A stretch of 64,000 nucleotides of DNA. Origin: Candidatus Aenigmatarchaeota archaeon (lineage in GTDB: Archaea; Aenigmatarchaeota; Aenigmatarchaeia; QMZP01). A program made the position numbers and the translations under genes. The stretch is taken from contig JBDRSV010000024.1 in NCBI GenBank assembly GCA_043824495.1, positions 1 to 64,000 of the forward strand, written 5' to 3'. How positions within the stretch are numbered: the stretch's first letter is position 1; the number at the start of each line of letters is the position of its first letter. Below the pieces are notes generated by a model. The model did not search any database. It was not told the origin of the DNA and was given only the letters and a program-made list of their open reading frames with translations. Of this stretch, positions 49,036 to 59,154 are shown piece after piece.

Positions 49036-49254
49036 TTGACTCCCCTTTGCTCTGTACTGCGATTAAGAATTGTATATTAACTAACTCAAAGCACTACACG
49101 ACATACACACAATTGTCTTTCGTTGTCGCAGAGTGTTGTTTCCTGAAATACAGATGCTGACTTTACCTCGAACAAGGATCTTGTTCCAGATGTCTAAAGA
49201 GTGTCAGCGATGATATGTGGAATATGATAATTTCAATTGATAGTAAAATTTAAA

Positions 49255-49568
49255 TATACTTCGGTTGGACTGGAGACAGTGCAATGGCTTCTACATATGT
49301 CCATCTATCAGGTAGAGATGTAGATAATGCAATCCTAGAGCTCAATGGAATAAAGGAAAAGACAGAAGAGAATGGAAATGGTTTCAAAGTAAAGAAATGT
49401 CCAAGGTGCAGAGTTAACTCTGACCCCTCATCAAAATACTGTAATAGATGTGGTATGATCTTGGATGACAATGAAGCCTTTGATTTGAAAGATTTAACCT
49501 CAAATGAAGACTTCAAAGTCTTCCTACAAGAAGCATTCGTAAAATGGAAAGGTTCAAGAGAAGGTTAA
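49255..49568 (+). pseudogene. Integrase 3' fragment (second copy, from YFGW to stop)
   Basis: About 94% identical to 47032-47345 by hand count; no upstream integrase sequence before 49255. Confidence 0.88.
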
Positions 49569-49571
49569 TCT

Positions 49572-52500
49572 TTAACTATCTACAGGTAAGCCGCCACTCG
49601 GATCGCATGTGTTGACCTTTTTGCCGCCTATAATCTGCATGCAGTTGTCTACAATACTCCTCTTACATAATCCGTTTATATCACAAGTATATCCACTATA
49701 ACATCCACACTTGTTGCAATCATTAGAGAAGCTCCCATCAGAATCACAGAATAATGGCTTTCTTGTTGAACATTCACCATAAGTTATATCCCCTTCACAA
49801 ACAGGACACATCCCAGGGCTCTCCAGATCACCATTAGCAATTGCAATTATCCTAACAACATCAACTAAATTTATTCTATCATTCATGTCCACGTCAATAC
49901 AGCAAATATCTTCAGGTGTAGGAATATCTCCGACAAAAGCAATGTCATTTGCTAAATCAGAATCTGTGTGATTTATTACACCATCTCCATTTACATCACC
50001 AATTTGTTGTCCTGTATTACAAGGAAGAGAAGATTTTGTGGTTAATTCGAATCCATAAAATCCAGTATTATAGGAGTCATGTTGATATTGAGGCCATTCC
50101 ATTGTACTGGAATCATAGTTGTTGTCAAGGTCCCATGTTTTAGCAGTCAGATCACCTACCCATGAACCTTCACAATCTATATTTGGTCCAGAGTGTGTTA
50201 CCAGCTCCACATCTCCGTCATTATCAATATCATTAATGAGCGGAGTAGAATAGATCATCATGCAAGTATGATCAAGAATCTGTTTAGGAAATCCTTCAAT
50301 AGGTGTTCCATCTCCATGATATGCAACAACCATTTGGTTTCCAGGAGGTCCTGAATAAACACTACCCGCATAAGAAATTACATCTGGTAGATTATCACCA
50401 GTAATATCTCCTATAACTGCTTGCGTAAATACCCATCCACCCAATGAGTGCTTTGGCCAACCGTCAACAACTGTTCCATCATGATGCCACATATTTAGAT
50501 CATACCAATAAGTAGAATAAACTATTTCTAAATTACAATCACCGTCAATGTCTCCTAGACTAGGGATATTGTAATTATGAAAAGTGCTAGTTGCAATTGA
50601 TTCTTGAGGCCATCCCGGGAAAAGATTTCCATCCTTATCTAGAACGTAAATTTTCATCTCTGGGTGATTGTTCATTCCAAAAATAATTTCTTCTTGACCA
50701 TTACAATCTAAATCTCCAATAATAGGAACACCAGGAGTTCCAGGAAGAGAATATTCCCATAGCTTGACTTGATTATGCAGTGTGTATGCATAAACCTTAT
50801 CTGTGGCGGTTCCAAAAACAACATCAAGATACCCATCATCATTAATATCTGCAATTGCCTGGCCATAAATGGCTCCTCCGTCTGGGTATTCTGGTTCATC
50901 AAGATTAAGAGGATATCCTGGATAAAAGTTCCCTTCGTGATCAAAAACCTTTAATATAGGATCAGAATCTCCAATAATAATTTCTAAATAGCCGTCATTA
51001 TCAATATCCCCCATACTGGGTATTAAACTTCCTCCTTGATTTGTATGGTATCTAAAAAGCTCGTCTCCAGCAGTATTAAAAACATGCAATCTTGCACCAT
51101 GAGTAATGGCAATTTCTAGCTCTCCGTCATTATTAATATCTCCAATTGCAGATGTTGTGCCGCTTGATTTGAACGTAGGCCAGCCAGTTACTGGACTTCC
51201 ATCATGATGCCAGGAATAAAATTCCGGGTCATCACCAAAATTCTGGTTTGCGAAAGATACTTCTAAATCAGAATCACCATCATAATCTGCAGCCGATATG
51301 GACGAAACAGAACTTATACTATCTAATAATACTGGCCACCCTGTTTGAATACCTGAATCATCTTCAATGTAATAAAGTGTCCTCTCCTCACCAATAAGAA
51401 CTCCTCCGGAATTGTATACACTGAGATAAACAAAATAATAAGAATCTTCTTGAACAATTCCACTTGTGTCAAATGTTCCTAAAACCCCATTTATTATTGG
51501 GGAAAATCCTGTTTGAATTGGAATAAAATCTTCATTGGGCTTAAATAATGCATAACCAGTATACTCAGCCTTTACATATTCAAGTGTATATCGTTCAAAA
51601 TTCTCAGCGTTTGCATTTCCAATTATATTAATACTGTTTCCATGTGTAATCTCAGAATAGTATTTTGGCGATTTTATTTTTATATTCTCTACTATGATGA
51701 CACTAGCATCTTCACTTATATCTCCAGTTGAAGGATAAACGCTTAATTTTATGTCGTAATCCCCATTCAAAGCAGATGGATCATATCCAGCGCAAAGTAC
51801 TTCGCTCTCTTTAGGAATATCAGAGGTACAAATAAGATCCCAGTTTTCTAGGTTCCTCTCAGAGATATAAAGATCATAATAAGAAAATCCTCCGCCCATC
51901 GCTGTTCCAATGAAATCAATACTTAAGCCTTCAATTGCTCCATTTGTTTCTATTTCTGCTACAAGAGGACTAGTTAAATTGAAAGCTTCTGCAATATCTA
52001 TTCTTCCTTGGCCTTGTGTCCCAATTGGTTCTCCGATGTCTACTGCCGTATTTCTTAAAGCTGCTTTTATTTCTAAAGGGCTCCAATCGGGATGAGACTG
52101 TTTTAATAATGCAACTGCTCCAGCAACTATTGGCGTAGCCATAGAAGTTCCTGCGACTTGTAGATGCTGATCATCTAAGCAAGGATGGTAATAAGGATGT
52201 TCACCTTCTGGAAATATAGAATCATATCTTGCTGCACAAGTTATTGCTCCTGGTGCAACAACATCGGGTTTATATATTGCCCCATTATCCCATATCACTG
52301 GTCCTCTGGAACTAAAGCTTGTTATCTGATCTACTATTGGATTACTATCTTCCCAATATTGACACCATATCTGCCCTTCAGCTGGACAACTCCATTCACC
52401 ACAAAACACTCCATTAAAAGGTGATGATGTGCAGTTCCACCAAAAATCATCATAATTTTTCTTGTATGTTGCTCCGACAGTAATAGCCTTTTTTGCTGTT

Positions 52501-53675
52501 CCAGGACTGCCAACAGTTTCTTCTCTTGGGCCACTGTTTCCTGCAGCTATAACTGCAATAACACCCAAATCAACAATATTATTAACTGCTTGTGAGACTG
52601 GATCTTCTGGTCCACAAAATTCACTGTATCCCCAACAGTCTGCTCCTAAACTTAAACTTATAATATCTAAATGATCATCAAAATTTTCATCTTGGTTTGG
52701 ATCTGCTGACATTTCTATACCCTCTATGACTGCATCAAATGTGCCGCTACCTCTAGAATTTAATACTTTATATGCATAGATCTTTGCATCGGGTGCAATC
52801 CCGTTTATTATACCGTTTCCAGCTGCGCTTGCTGCGCAATGAGTTCCATGACCTTCATCATCTATTGGGTCCGGATCATCATTTACAATATCATATCCTC
52901 CTTCAACTTTACACCCAGCTCCAAAACATCCTCCAAGATCAGGATGTGTATAATCTACACCAGTATCAATAATTCCAATAGTTATTCCTTCTCCTGTAAT
53001 AGGAACTGCTTCAATTTCTCTTGCCCAAACATCGTCAGCATTAATTAGTGGGACAGCGTCCATCAAATTCATTTTAACTTCGTAATTAGGGTAAACTTCT
53101 TTGACTTCTGCAATTTTTTTAATGTCTTCTGCTTCCTTTTGAGAAATTTCTGAAACAAAAAATCCATTAAAAACATCACTGTAGCTCTTTGTAATGCTGG
53201 CTTTTGGGGCCAAATTTATTATTTGAGTTATTGTAGCTGATTGTTTTTCGATAATATTGTTCTTATAGTTCGATAAAATCGATTTTGATAGTGCTGTTTG
53301 TGAACGAGTTTTATATTCTACAACCGGAGCATCGCGAAGTTGTACAAGATAACCATTAAAATTAGGTCTTTGCTCATAAGCTCTGAATCCAAGCGAGTTC
53401 TTTTCAGCTAAATTTTCTGATTCCGGAGGGTTAATTCTTTCCGGCTCTTCACAAACTTCTTCCTCATCCACTAATCCATCACAATCATTATCTATACCAT
53501 CACACTTTTCTATAGAAGGAGTGCATGCTGGTTCCAAAGGAGCGGTTATTATTGTAGGTTCTAAAGTCCTCAAAGGAGCTCTGAATTCCCCTGCGGGATA
53601 ATAAGATACTCCAACAACACCAGAAATAACAACCACAGCAATTATAACAGCGATAATAATAGGAGATAAATTCAT
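49572..53675 (-). CDS. S8 subtilisin-like protease with N-terminal membrane anchor, Cys-rich motif, I9-like propeptide, FG-GAP/VCBS-like repeats and a dockerin-like C-terminus
   Basis: Triad GIIDTG / DEGHGTHCA / GTSMATP; repeated GDIDNDGxLEI units; GDVNGDGVINHTD...DVDMNDRINLVD paired Ca-binding loops. Confidence 0.92.
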   Translation of the reverse strand: MNLSPIIIAVIIAVVVISGVVGVSYYPAGEFRAPLRTLEPTIITAPLEPACTPSIEKCDGIDNDCDGLVDEEEVCEEPERINPPESENLAEKNSLGFRAYEQRPNFNGYLVQLRDAPVVEYKTRSQTALSKSILSNYKNNIIEKQSATITQIINLAPKASITKSYSDVFNGFFVSEISQKEAEDIKKIAEVKEVYPNYEVKMNLMDAVPLINADDVWAREIEAVPITGEGITIGIIDTGVDYTHPDLGGCFGAGCKVEGGYDIVNDDPDPIDDEGHGTHCAASAAGNGIINGIAPDAKIYAYKVLNSRGSGTFDAVIEGIEMSADPNQDENFDDHLDIISLSLGADCWGYSEFCGPEDPVSQAVNNIVDLGVIAVIAAGNSGPREETVGSPGTAKKAITVGATYKKNYDDFWWNCTSSPFNGVFCGEWSCPAEGQIWCQYWEDSNPIVDQITSFSSRGPVIWDNGAIYKPDVVAPGAITCAARYDSIFPEGEHPYYHPCLDDQHLQVAGTSMATPIVAGAVALLKQSHPDWSPLEIKAALRNTAVDIGEPIGTQGQGRIDIAEAFNLTSPLVAEIETNGAIEGLSIDFIGTAMGGGFSYYDLYISERNLENWDLICTSDIPKESEVLCAGYDPSALNGDYDIKLSVYPSTGDISEDASVIIVENIKIKSPKYYSEITHGNSINIIGNANAENFERYTLEYVKAEYTGYALFKPNEDFIPIQTGFSPIINGVLGTFDTSGIVQEDSYYFVYLSVYNSGGVLIGEERTLYYIEDDSGIQTGWPVLLDSISSVSSISAADYDGDSDLEVSFANQNFGDDPEFYSWHHDGSPVTGWPTFKSSGTTSAIGDINNDGELEIAITHGARLHVFNTAGDELFRYHTNQGGSLIPSMGDIDNDGYLEIIIGDSDPILKVFDHEGNFYPGYPLNLDEPEYPDGGAIYGQAIADINDDGYLDVVFGTATDKVYAYTLHNQVKLWEYSLPGTPGVPIIGDLDCNGQEEIIFGMNNHPEMKIYVLDKDGNLFPGWPQESIATSTFHNYNIPSLGDIDGDCNLEIVYSTYWYDLNMWHHDGTVVDGWPKHSLGGWVFTQAVIGDITGDNLPDVISYAGSVYSGPPGNQMVVAYHGDGTPIEGFPKQILDHTCMMIYSTPLINDIDNDGDVELVTHSGPNIDCEGSWVGDLTAKTWDLDNNYDSSTMEWPQYQHDSYNTGFYGFELTTKSSLPCNTGQQIGDVNGDGVINHTDSDLANDIAFVGDIPTPEDICCIDVDMNDRINLVDVVRIIAIANGDLESPGMCPVCEGDITYGECSTRKPLFCDSDGSFSNDCNKCGCYSGYTCDINGLCKRSIVDNCMQIIGGKKVNTCDPSGGLPVDS

Positions 53676-53857
53676 ACTATATAGTTGGTCTTAAACGAAT
53701 AAAAATGGTTTTTGATACTTCCCCATTATTTAATCTTAAACTCACACACACAATAGAAAATACACTATTTTTGCAATCGGTTCTTGGTTAAGAGAAGTAT
53801 ATGTAGAGTATAGTGGGTAGACACCCACCTTTTATTATCAGAAATCAATAATTATAC

Positions 53858-54268
53858 ATGAAGAGGAAAGCACAGGCAGCTTTTGAGTACATGATGATTG
53901 TCGGTATAGTTCTGCTTTTCATAGTGCCTGTGTGGTCTTACATGAATACAGTACACAAAGATACAACCAATGAGCTTTATTTCAGTTATGCAAGGAATGC
54001 TGTAACAAAGATAGTGGATACTGCTGAACTTGTTTATTCTCAAGGACCTCCAGCAAGTGTGCAAGTCGTTGTTTACATACCAAAATATGTGGAGGAAATA
54101 AACATCACCGGCACAACAATTAACATAAGATTAAATATAGGAGATGTTAATGATGTGAATGGTTTTGGTATAGCTCCTCTTAATGGTAGCTTGCCAACAA
54201 CGGAAGGGTCTTACGTAATCAAAATAGAAGCAATAGATGATTATGTTAATATCAGCTTAGCTAATTAG
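53858..54268 (+). CDS. Type IV pilin-like protein (class III signal peptide)
   Basis: MKRKAQ|AAFEYMMIVGIVLL: K-A-Q cleavage motif, Glu near +5, hydrophobic helix. Confidence 0.8.
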   Translation: MKRKAQAAFEYMMIVGIVLLFIVPVWSYMNTVHKDTTNELYFSYARNAVTKIVDTAELVYSQGPPASVQVVVYIPKYVEEINITGTTINIRLNIGDVNDVNGFGIAPLNGSLPTTEGSYVIKIEAIDDYVNISLAN

Positions 54269-54380
54269 ATTGTGTGTTTTATTCTACATGAGAAATAGAT
54301 ATTCTTACAAGAAGAAAAAAAGAAAAATAATATTAAAAATAAAAAAATGGAAAAATTCTAACCATCTACGATGGGATATC

Positions 54381-54875
54381 CTACGAAGCAGTACCGGTCA
54401 ATGTACCAGAGCTTGTAAATCCTGTTAATCCAGTATCTAGGTTATCATATGTTATTCGGATATCGACTGTGTATGATGATCCTGCTGCTGGACCTGATAT
54501 TTGAGGCATAGAAATTTTTTGTTCTTGGTTAATATTCATAGCTCGAGGTCCGTTTGTTCCAGTTGTGGTTATATTCCAACCTGCAACCTCTGCATATGGA
54601 TAATTTATGCCTCCGTATGTTGCTTGTATACCTGTTATGTTAATGTTTGCTCCAACTCCATTAGTTAATATAAATGTTACCTGTGTGGAGTTCATCTGCC
54701 AACCGCCTGCCTGGATGTTGAATCCTTGGAAACCTGTAGATGTTGATTGTGTAAAGGTTCCTGGGTTAAATAATCCAAGTGCAAATAATGCTGCGGCAAC
54801 TATAACTACAATTAGTATTGCCCATCCGTATGTCATCAGATATTCCATCGCTGCTTGTGCTTTTAAATGTTTCAT
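54381..54875 (-). CDS. Archaeal type IV pilin, probable major pilin
   Basis: LKAQAAMEYLMTYGWAILIVVIVAAALFALGLFNP, a common euryarchaeal/DPANN pilin N-terminus. Confidence 0.88.
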   Translation of the reverse strand: MKHLKAQAAMEYLMTYGWAILIVVIVAAALFALGLFNPGTFTQSTSTGFQGFNIQAGGWQMNSTQVTFILTNGVGANINITGIQATYGGINYPYAEVAGWNITTTGTNGPRAMNINQEQKISMPQISGPAAGSSYTVDIRITYDNLDTGLTGFTSSGTLTGTAS

Positions 54876-54964
54876 TAATTTAACACCCTTTATATTGTTG
54901 TGTTTTAATTACTATTTGGTCTAGCACCCTTATAAACATTAAAACTGATATTTTTTTCTAAAAA

Positions 54965-55918
54965 CTAAACAGATGCTATTACACCGAACATTATACCTAT
55001 CATGAGTTTTGCTCCGAAAAAGATAGCAAGAGCTCCTACAACAAATATGGGTAAGAATTTAATTCCACCCTTTTCTTTACCGGTACTAATCAAACCCATA
55101 ATTAAACTACCAAAAATAGTTGTAATTAATATAGAAGCAATTGAGAATAGGAAAAGAAATTCTTCTGATATTTTTACTACACCAAAACTCATGAAAGACG
55201 AACCCGAACTTACAGTCTCAGGTACAACAACATTAGCACCTAGCTGTGTTATAGAGCCTATCAAATAAGACGATAATGCGTATAATGCAGGAGCTGCTAT
55301 TACACCTGCAAATCCTATGAAGATTATGTAAAGCATAATGTTTGCACTTACTTCCTTCTTGATTACTTGAATTCTTCTAAGGTCTGTAGCATTCTCTTCG
55401 AGTAATGTAGCAAATTGTCCTCCTGATTTACTACCTTCTACTATCAGTTTCAAAGTTCTATCAAGCATTTCTGATTTTATGTAATAGCCAACTTTGTGTA
55501 TACTCTCTTCTAAGCTCTTACCTGTAACCATCTCTTTACCTACAAGTTTAATGGCATCTGATAGAGGACCAAATTCTGGTCTCGCACTGAGTAACAAGGC
55601 TCTGCTAGGTATATATCCAGCTCTACTGTTAGCAGACATTAACTGTAATGCATCAGGCAATATATTCTCAACAAATTTTGATCTCCTTTCAACTCCCATT
55701 ATAAGAAAACCATGAAGAAGTACAAACAAACCAACGAATACCCCAACAAATACGTAATATGTGTAAGGAGCTGAGACTAAAGCAGCCACGAAGCCTACAA
55801 GTAAACTTAGTATTACTGCAGAGTCTACGAAAGTCTTCGAACTCTTTTTACTACCAGAATACCTAAGATTGGTTTCTATATATTTCGTATATTTCCTTGG
55901 AACTATTTTATGAAACAT
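54965..55918 (-). CDS. TadC/T2SS-F family pilus platform protein
   Basis: LPDALQLMSANSRAG, EFGPLS, SGGQFATLLE; multiple TM segments. Confidence 0.88.
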   Translation of the reverse strand: MFHKIVPRKYTKYIETNLRYSGSKKSSKTFVDSAVILSLLVGFVAALVSAPYTYYVFVGVFVGLFVLLHGFLIMGVERRSKFVENILPDALQLMSANSRAGYIPSRALLLSARPEFGPLSDAIKLVGKEMVTGKSLEESIHKVGYYIKSEMLDRTLKLIVEGSKSGGQFATLLEENATDLRRIQVIKKEVSANIMLYIIFIGFAGVIAAPALYALSSYLIGSITQLGANVVVPETVSSGSSFMSFGVVKISEEFLFLFSIASILITTIFGSLIMGLISTGKEKGGIKFLPIFVVGALAIFFGAKLMIGIMFGVIASV

Positions 55919-55927
55919 ATTTTTCTC

Positions 55928-56821
55928 CTATATACCTGGAGGTCTCTTGGACTTTATAAGACCCATAAACATGAATTGGAATAACGTTACCGTACCTAAT
56001 ATACCAAGTAGTACTAGCTCAACATTGAATACCGTTCCTACGAAAGAGAACAGTACGAGTATGAAGATTATGCCTAATGTAGGGAAAACAACAACAAGAA
56101 CCATGTAGAAAAGAGCCAATGGATTTAATTCAGACCCGTATTTCTTGATTGCTACTTTCTGTTCCATCACGAGATTGTCAACTATTTCTTTCAGAGTGTC
56201 ACCAATATCTGCACCGCTCTTCAATGCATTAATTAGTTGCCATAGGATTCTACGGAAATATAATGAAGCATTATCCCTGGCTAATAATTCAAGAGCTTCT
56301 ATTTCTGATCTCCCTGTATTAATTTCATTGACCGCTTTCTTAAATTCAGCTGAAACTTCTCCGTATTCACTTCTAGCAATAGACATCATGGAATCGAAAA
56401 GGGTAACACCAGATCTAACCTGAACTAAGAAATGATGTAGTGTATGAGGTAAGAAACCGTCTATCGCTTTAACTTTTCTATTGACAAATAGTCTCGGGTA
56501 AATCATCAAATAGATGAATGATACGAAACCTAAAGCACCTCCAACTCCAACTGCAATTAAGAAGCTTCTTGCTAGTTCTAATCTGAAACCTAAACCAAAG
56601 ACAAGTACAAACACAAAGAAAAGAATGAAATAGAGAAGCCCTGTAGCAAAAGCAATACCCATCCATTCTCTTGGGGATACGTCCATTTCAGAATGTTTTA
56701 GTTGAAACTCTAAGGTAGGGGAGAAAACAGTTAGACTCTCACCGATACCAACATATCTTCTTGTCAAAGTTTTGGCCTTTTCAAGTGGTAAAGGAACAAA
56801 AGGAATTCTCTTCTTTTTCAT
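55928..56821 (-). CDS. TadB/TadC (T2SS-F family) pilus platform protein
   Basis: LPHTLHHFLVQVRSG, YGEVSAEF, SGADIGDTL; multiple TM segments. Confidence 0.88.
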   Translation of the reverse strand: MKKKRIPFVPLPLEKAKTLTRRYVGIGESLTVFSPTLEFQLKHSEMDVSPREWMGIAFATGLLYFILFFVFVLVFGLGFRLELARSFLIAVGVGGALGFVSFIYLMIYPRLFVNRKVKAIDGFLPHTLHHFLVQVRSGVTLFDSMMSIARSEYGEVSAEFKKAVNEINTGRSEIEALELLARDNASLYFRRILWQLINALKSGADIGDTLKEIVDNLVMEQKVAIKKYGSELNPLALFYMVLVVVFPTLGIIFILVLFSFVGTVFNVELVLLGILGTVTLFQFMFMGLIKSKRPPGI

Positions 56822-56834
56822 ATCACACCAGGAA

Positions 56835-58331
56835 TTATGGCTTTAGCGTGCCCTTTCTTAGCTTCTTCATTATGCTATCTTGGTCTATATAATATTCAGA
56901 TATTATTCTGCCTACAGAATTTATGTCATATACTTTATTCTTAACTAACCAGTCTAGCACACTCATTTTTTCTTTTATATCAGCATCAATTTCTTTCTCA
57001 TTCATACCAGCGAATAATTTAATATCCTCTAGAGCTCTTCTAGATTTTCCTGATTTCACAATCCTATCTGTTGAAGGAGACCAACGGTAGATTGTGTTTA
57101 ATTCGATTTTTATCTCGTCTAATCCACCAGGAATAAGCTCTGAAACCTGAATGACTCTTCTGATTTCTCTTCTCCTATCTCTATGCATAACTACGATAAG
57201 CTGTAGAGAGTTTAATAGAGCTGCTGGAATGTCTATTGGAGGGTTTGTCAATCTTCTGTAAGTTTCTTCTGCTGTGTTTGCGTGAAGAGTTGAATATACA
57301 GAGTGTCCTGTGTGAATAGCTTCGAATAAAACCTCTGCTTCCCTCTTTCTCCTAATCTCACCTACAACAATTCTATCAGGTCTCATTCTAAGAGCGTTAA
57401 TCATAAGCTGAAGCATTGTGACTTCTCCTTTACCTTCAGTGTTAGGAGGTCTCGTAGTCATTGGTACCCATTGAAGATATTTAGGAAGTTGTAGTTCTCT
57501 AGTATCTTCAATTGAAATTACTCTGTGGTTAGGTGGTATGAAAGATGTAAGAACATTGAGCAAAGAAGTTTTACCGCTTGCTGTACCTCCTGGTATGATT
57601 ATGTTCATTTCGTATTGTGTTGCTAGCCATAGGAACGCGGCTACTTCAGTAGTAATGGTCCCTTGTTCTACAAAGTTTGTTATAGTCCAAGGAGTTCTAG
57701 CGAACTTTCTCACTGTTAGAGTGTTACCGGTTGCACTGACTGGGAATAGAGTAGCGTTAGCCCTATCTCCTGTAGTTAGATAAGCATCCATAAGTGGGTT
57801 CAAATGGTTTATTTGGACACCAACTCTTCTACCAATCATAGCTGCATAGTTGTATATTTCTATTTCACTTTTTAGTGGTATGTTTGTTTTTAGCCATCCC
57901 AAACTTCTATGATAAACCCATACTGGTTCTTTTGAATTGTTGATAACGATCTCTTCTAGATTATTGTCTTGTAATAGAATTTCTATTGGACCTAAACCCA
58001 ATGAGTTGTGTATGAGTATTCCTGTTAAAATCTTTCTCTCTTTCTCGTTTATGTCTGGTAGTTGCTCCTTAATCAAAGGAGCAGATTTATCTATAAATGA
58101 TTTTTTTAGTTTTGTAAGTTCTTCTGGGTCTAAAATTTCTGCCGTCTTAACCATTATATGAGAAAGCATCTCTTCTCTTATTTCATCAAGAACAGCTATT
58201 GTAGCTGTTTCTATCTGAGGAAAAATAAGTTCATATAGAGGAACAAAATCTGTTACACTCTTTTTTATTGTTATCTTTGCCGGAACGTCATCAATTACTA
58301 GTTGATATGTCTCTAATACTTCGTTCTTCAT
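56835..58331 (-). CDS. Type II/IV secretion ATPase (TadA/CpaF/FlaI-like)
   Basis: Walker A GGTASGKTS, SIEDTREL, ALRMRPDRIVVGEIR, TGH and STLHAN. Confidence 0.95.
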   Translation of the reverse strand: MKNEVLETYQLVIDDVPAKITIKKSVTDFVPLYELIFPQIETATIAVLDEIREEMLSHIMVKTAEILDPEELTKLKKSFIDKSAPLIKEQLPDINEKERKILTGILIHNSLGLGPIEILLQDNNLEEIVINNSKEPVWVYHRSLGWLKTNIPLKSEIEIYNYAAMIGRRVGVQINHLNPLMDAYLTTGDRANATLFPVSATGNTLTVRKFARTPWTITNFVEQGTITTEVAAFLWLATQYEMNIIIPGGTASGKTSLLNVLTSFIPPNHRVISIEDTRELQLPKYLQWVPMTTRPPNTEGKGEVTMLQLMINALRMRPDRIVVGEIRRKREAEVLFEAIHTGHSVYSTLHANTAEETYRRLTNPPIDIPAALLNSLQLIVVMHRDRRREIRRVIQVSELIPGGLDEIKIELNTIYRWSPSTDRIVKSGKSRRALEDIKLFAGMNEKEIDADIKEKMSVLDWLVKNKVYDINSVGRIISEYYIDQDSIMKKLRKGTLKP

Positions 58332-58342
58332 GAATTACACCG

Positions 58343-59146
58343 CTAATGTTTTCTCCTCTTCCATAGCCAGATCTTTATTGACTTCAGTTTGAATTTGAGT
58401 ATTACCAGTATTGCAATTATTGCTATGATTACTATTAGGAATATTGGAACATAAAGCTGAGTATCTAGGCCTCCTCCCATTGCATCGTTTATAGGGTTCA
58501 TTATAGGAGCTATAATAGCAGTCAAACTGCTATATGGGTTACCTACATCAAAAGGAAGTAGGTTTCTTACACTCAACCAATATACCATGAGTAATACAAC
58601 CACAACAACTATGACCAGGATGACTGGTTTTTTCTTAGATCTTTTATGTGGTCTTGTTAGTTTATCTATCTTTTCTTCTGTTGTTTCTACACCTTTAATT
58701 TTCTTTCCTCGTTTAGGTTTGTATCCCTTTATTCTTATCACAACTTTACCCATTACTGGGTAATGTAAATCAACTAAACCATGAGATTCTAGAATTTCTG
58801 CCCATTTTTCTAATCTCTTTTTATCAACTTTTAATCTGGAAGCAGCGGCCTCTAAACCAACACTCTTTTCTTTTTCAATGATATGAAGAAGTTTATCAAC
58901 ATTTGTTTCTATGTAACCTTCTATATGGCCTTGACCTTCAACTTTTTCTCCACCCTTCCCCTTTACTTTTTTCTCAACAATTGCGCTGGGTTTCTGGGAT
59001 TCTTTGAAAAGACCTTCTCTTTTCAGTCTAATTACAGAGAACTGAACATCAAGCTTGGACAGAGTAAGTTTCTTGCTTATTTCTTCTACGGTCTTGCCTT
59101 CTTTAAGAAATTCCAATATTTTCTTGTCTGATGTTGTAATTTTCAT
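58343..59146 (-). CDS. Membrane protein with two N-terminal winged-HTH-like domains and two C-terminal TM segments
   Basis: KTVEEISKKLTLSK..V..L.REGL and SVGLEAAASRLKVDKKRLEKWAEILESHGLV; two hydrophobic helices; co-oriented with the ATPase. Confidence 0.65.
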   Translation of the reverse strand: MKITTSDKKILEFLKEGKTVEEISKKLTLSKLDVQFSVIRLKREGLFKESQKPSAIVEKKVKGKGGEKVEGQGHIEGYIETNVDKLLHIIEKEKSVGLEAAASRLKVDKKRLEKWAEILESHGLVDLHYPVMGKVVIRIKGYKPKRGKKIKGVETTEEKIDKLTRPHKRSKKKPVILVIVVVVVLLMVYWLSVRNLLPFDVGNPYSSLTAIIAPIMNPINDAMGGGLDTQLYVPIFLIVIIAIIAILVILKFKLKSIKIWLWKRRKH

Positions 59147-59154
59147 TTATTCAC

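Noticed and set aside
53814-53829. Small hairpin GTGGGT-AGAC-ACCCAC between the S8 protease and pilin genes
   Set aside because: A 6-bp stem occurring once; insufficient to assign a function.
45909-54380. attR copy of the tRNA-Thr 3' end delimiting an integrated element
   Set aside because: No second GGTTCAATTCCCGCCTGGGGC was noticed in the intergenic regions downstream, so I do not call a bounded provirus or island.
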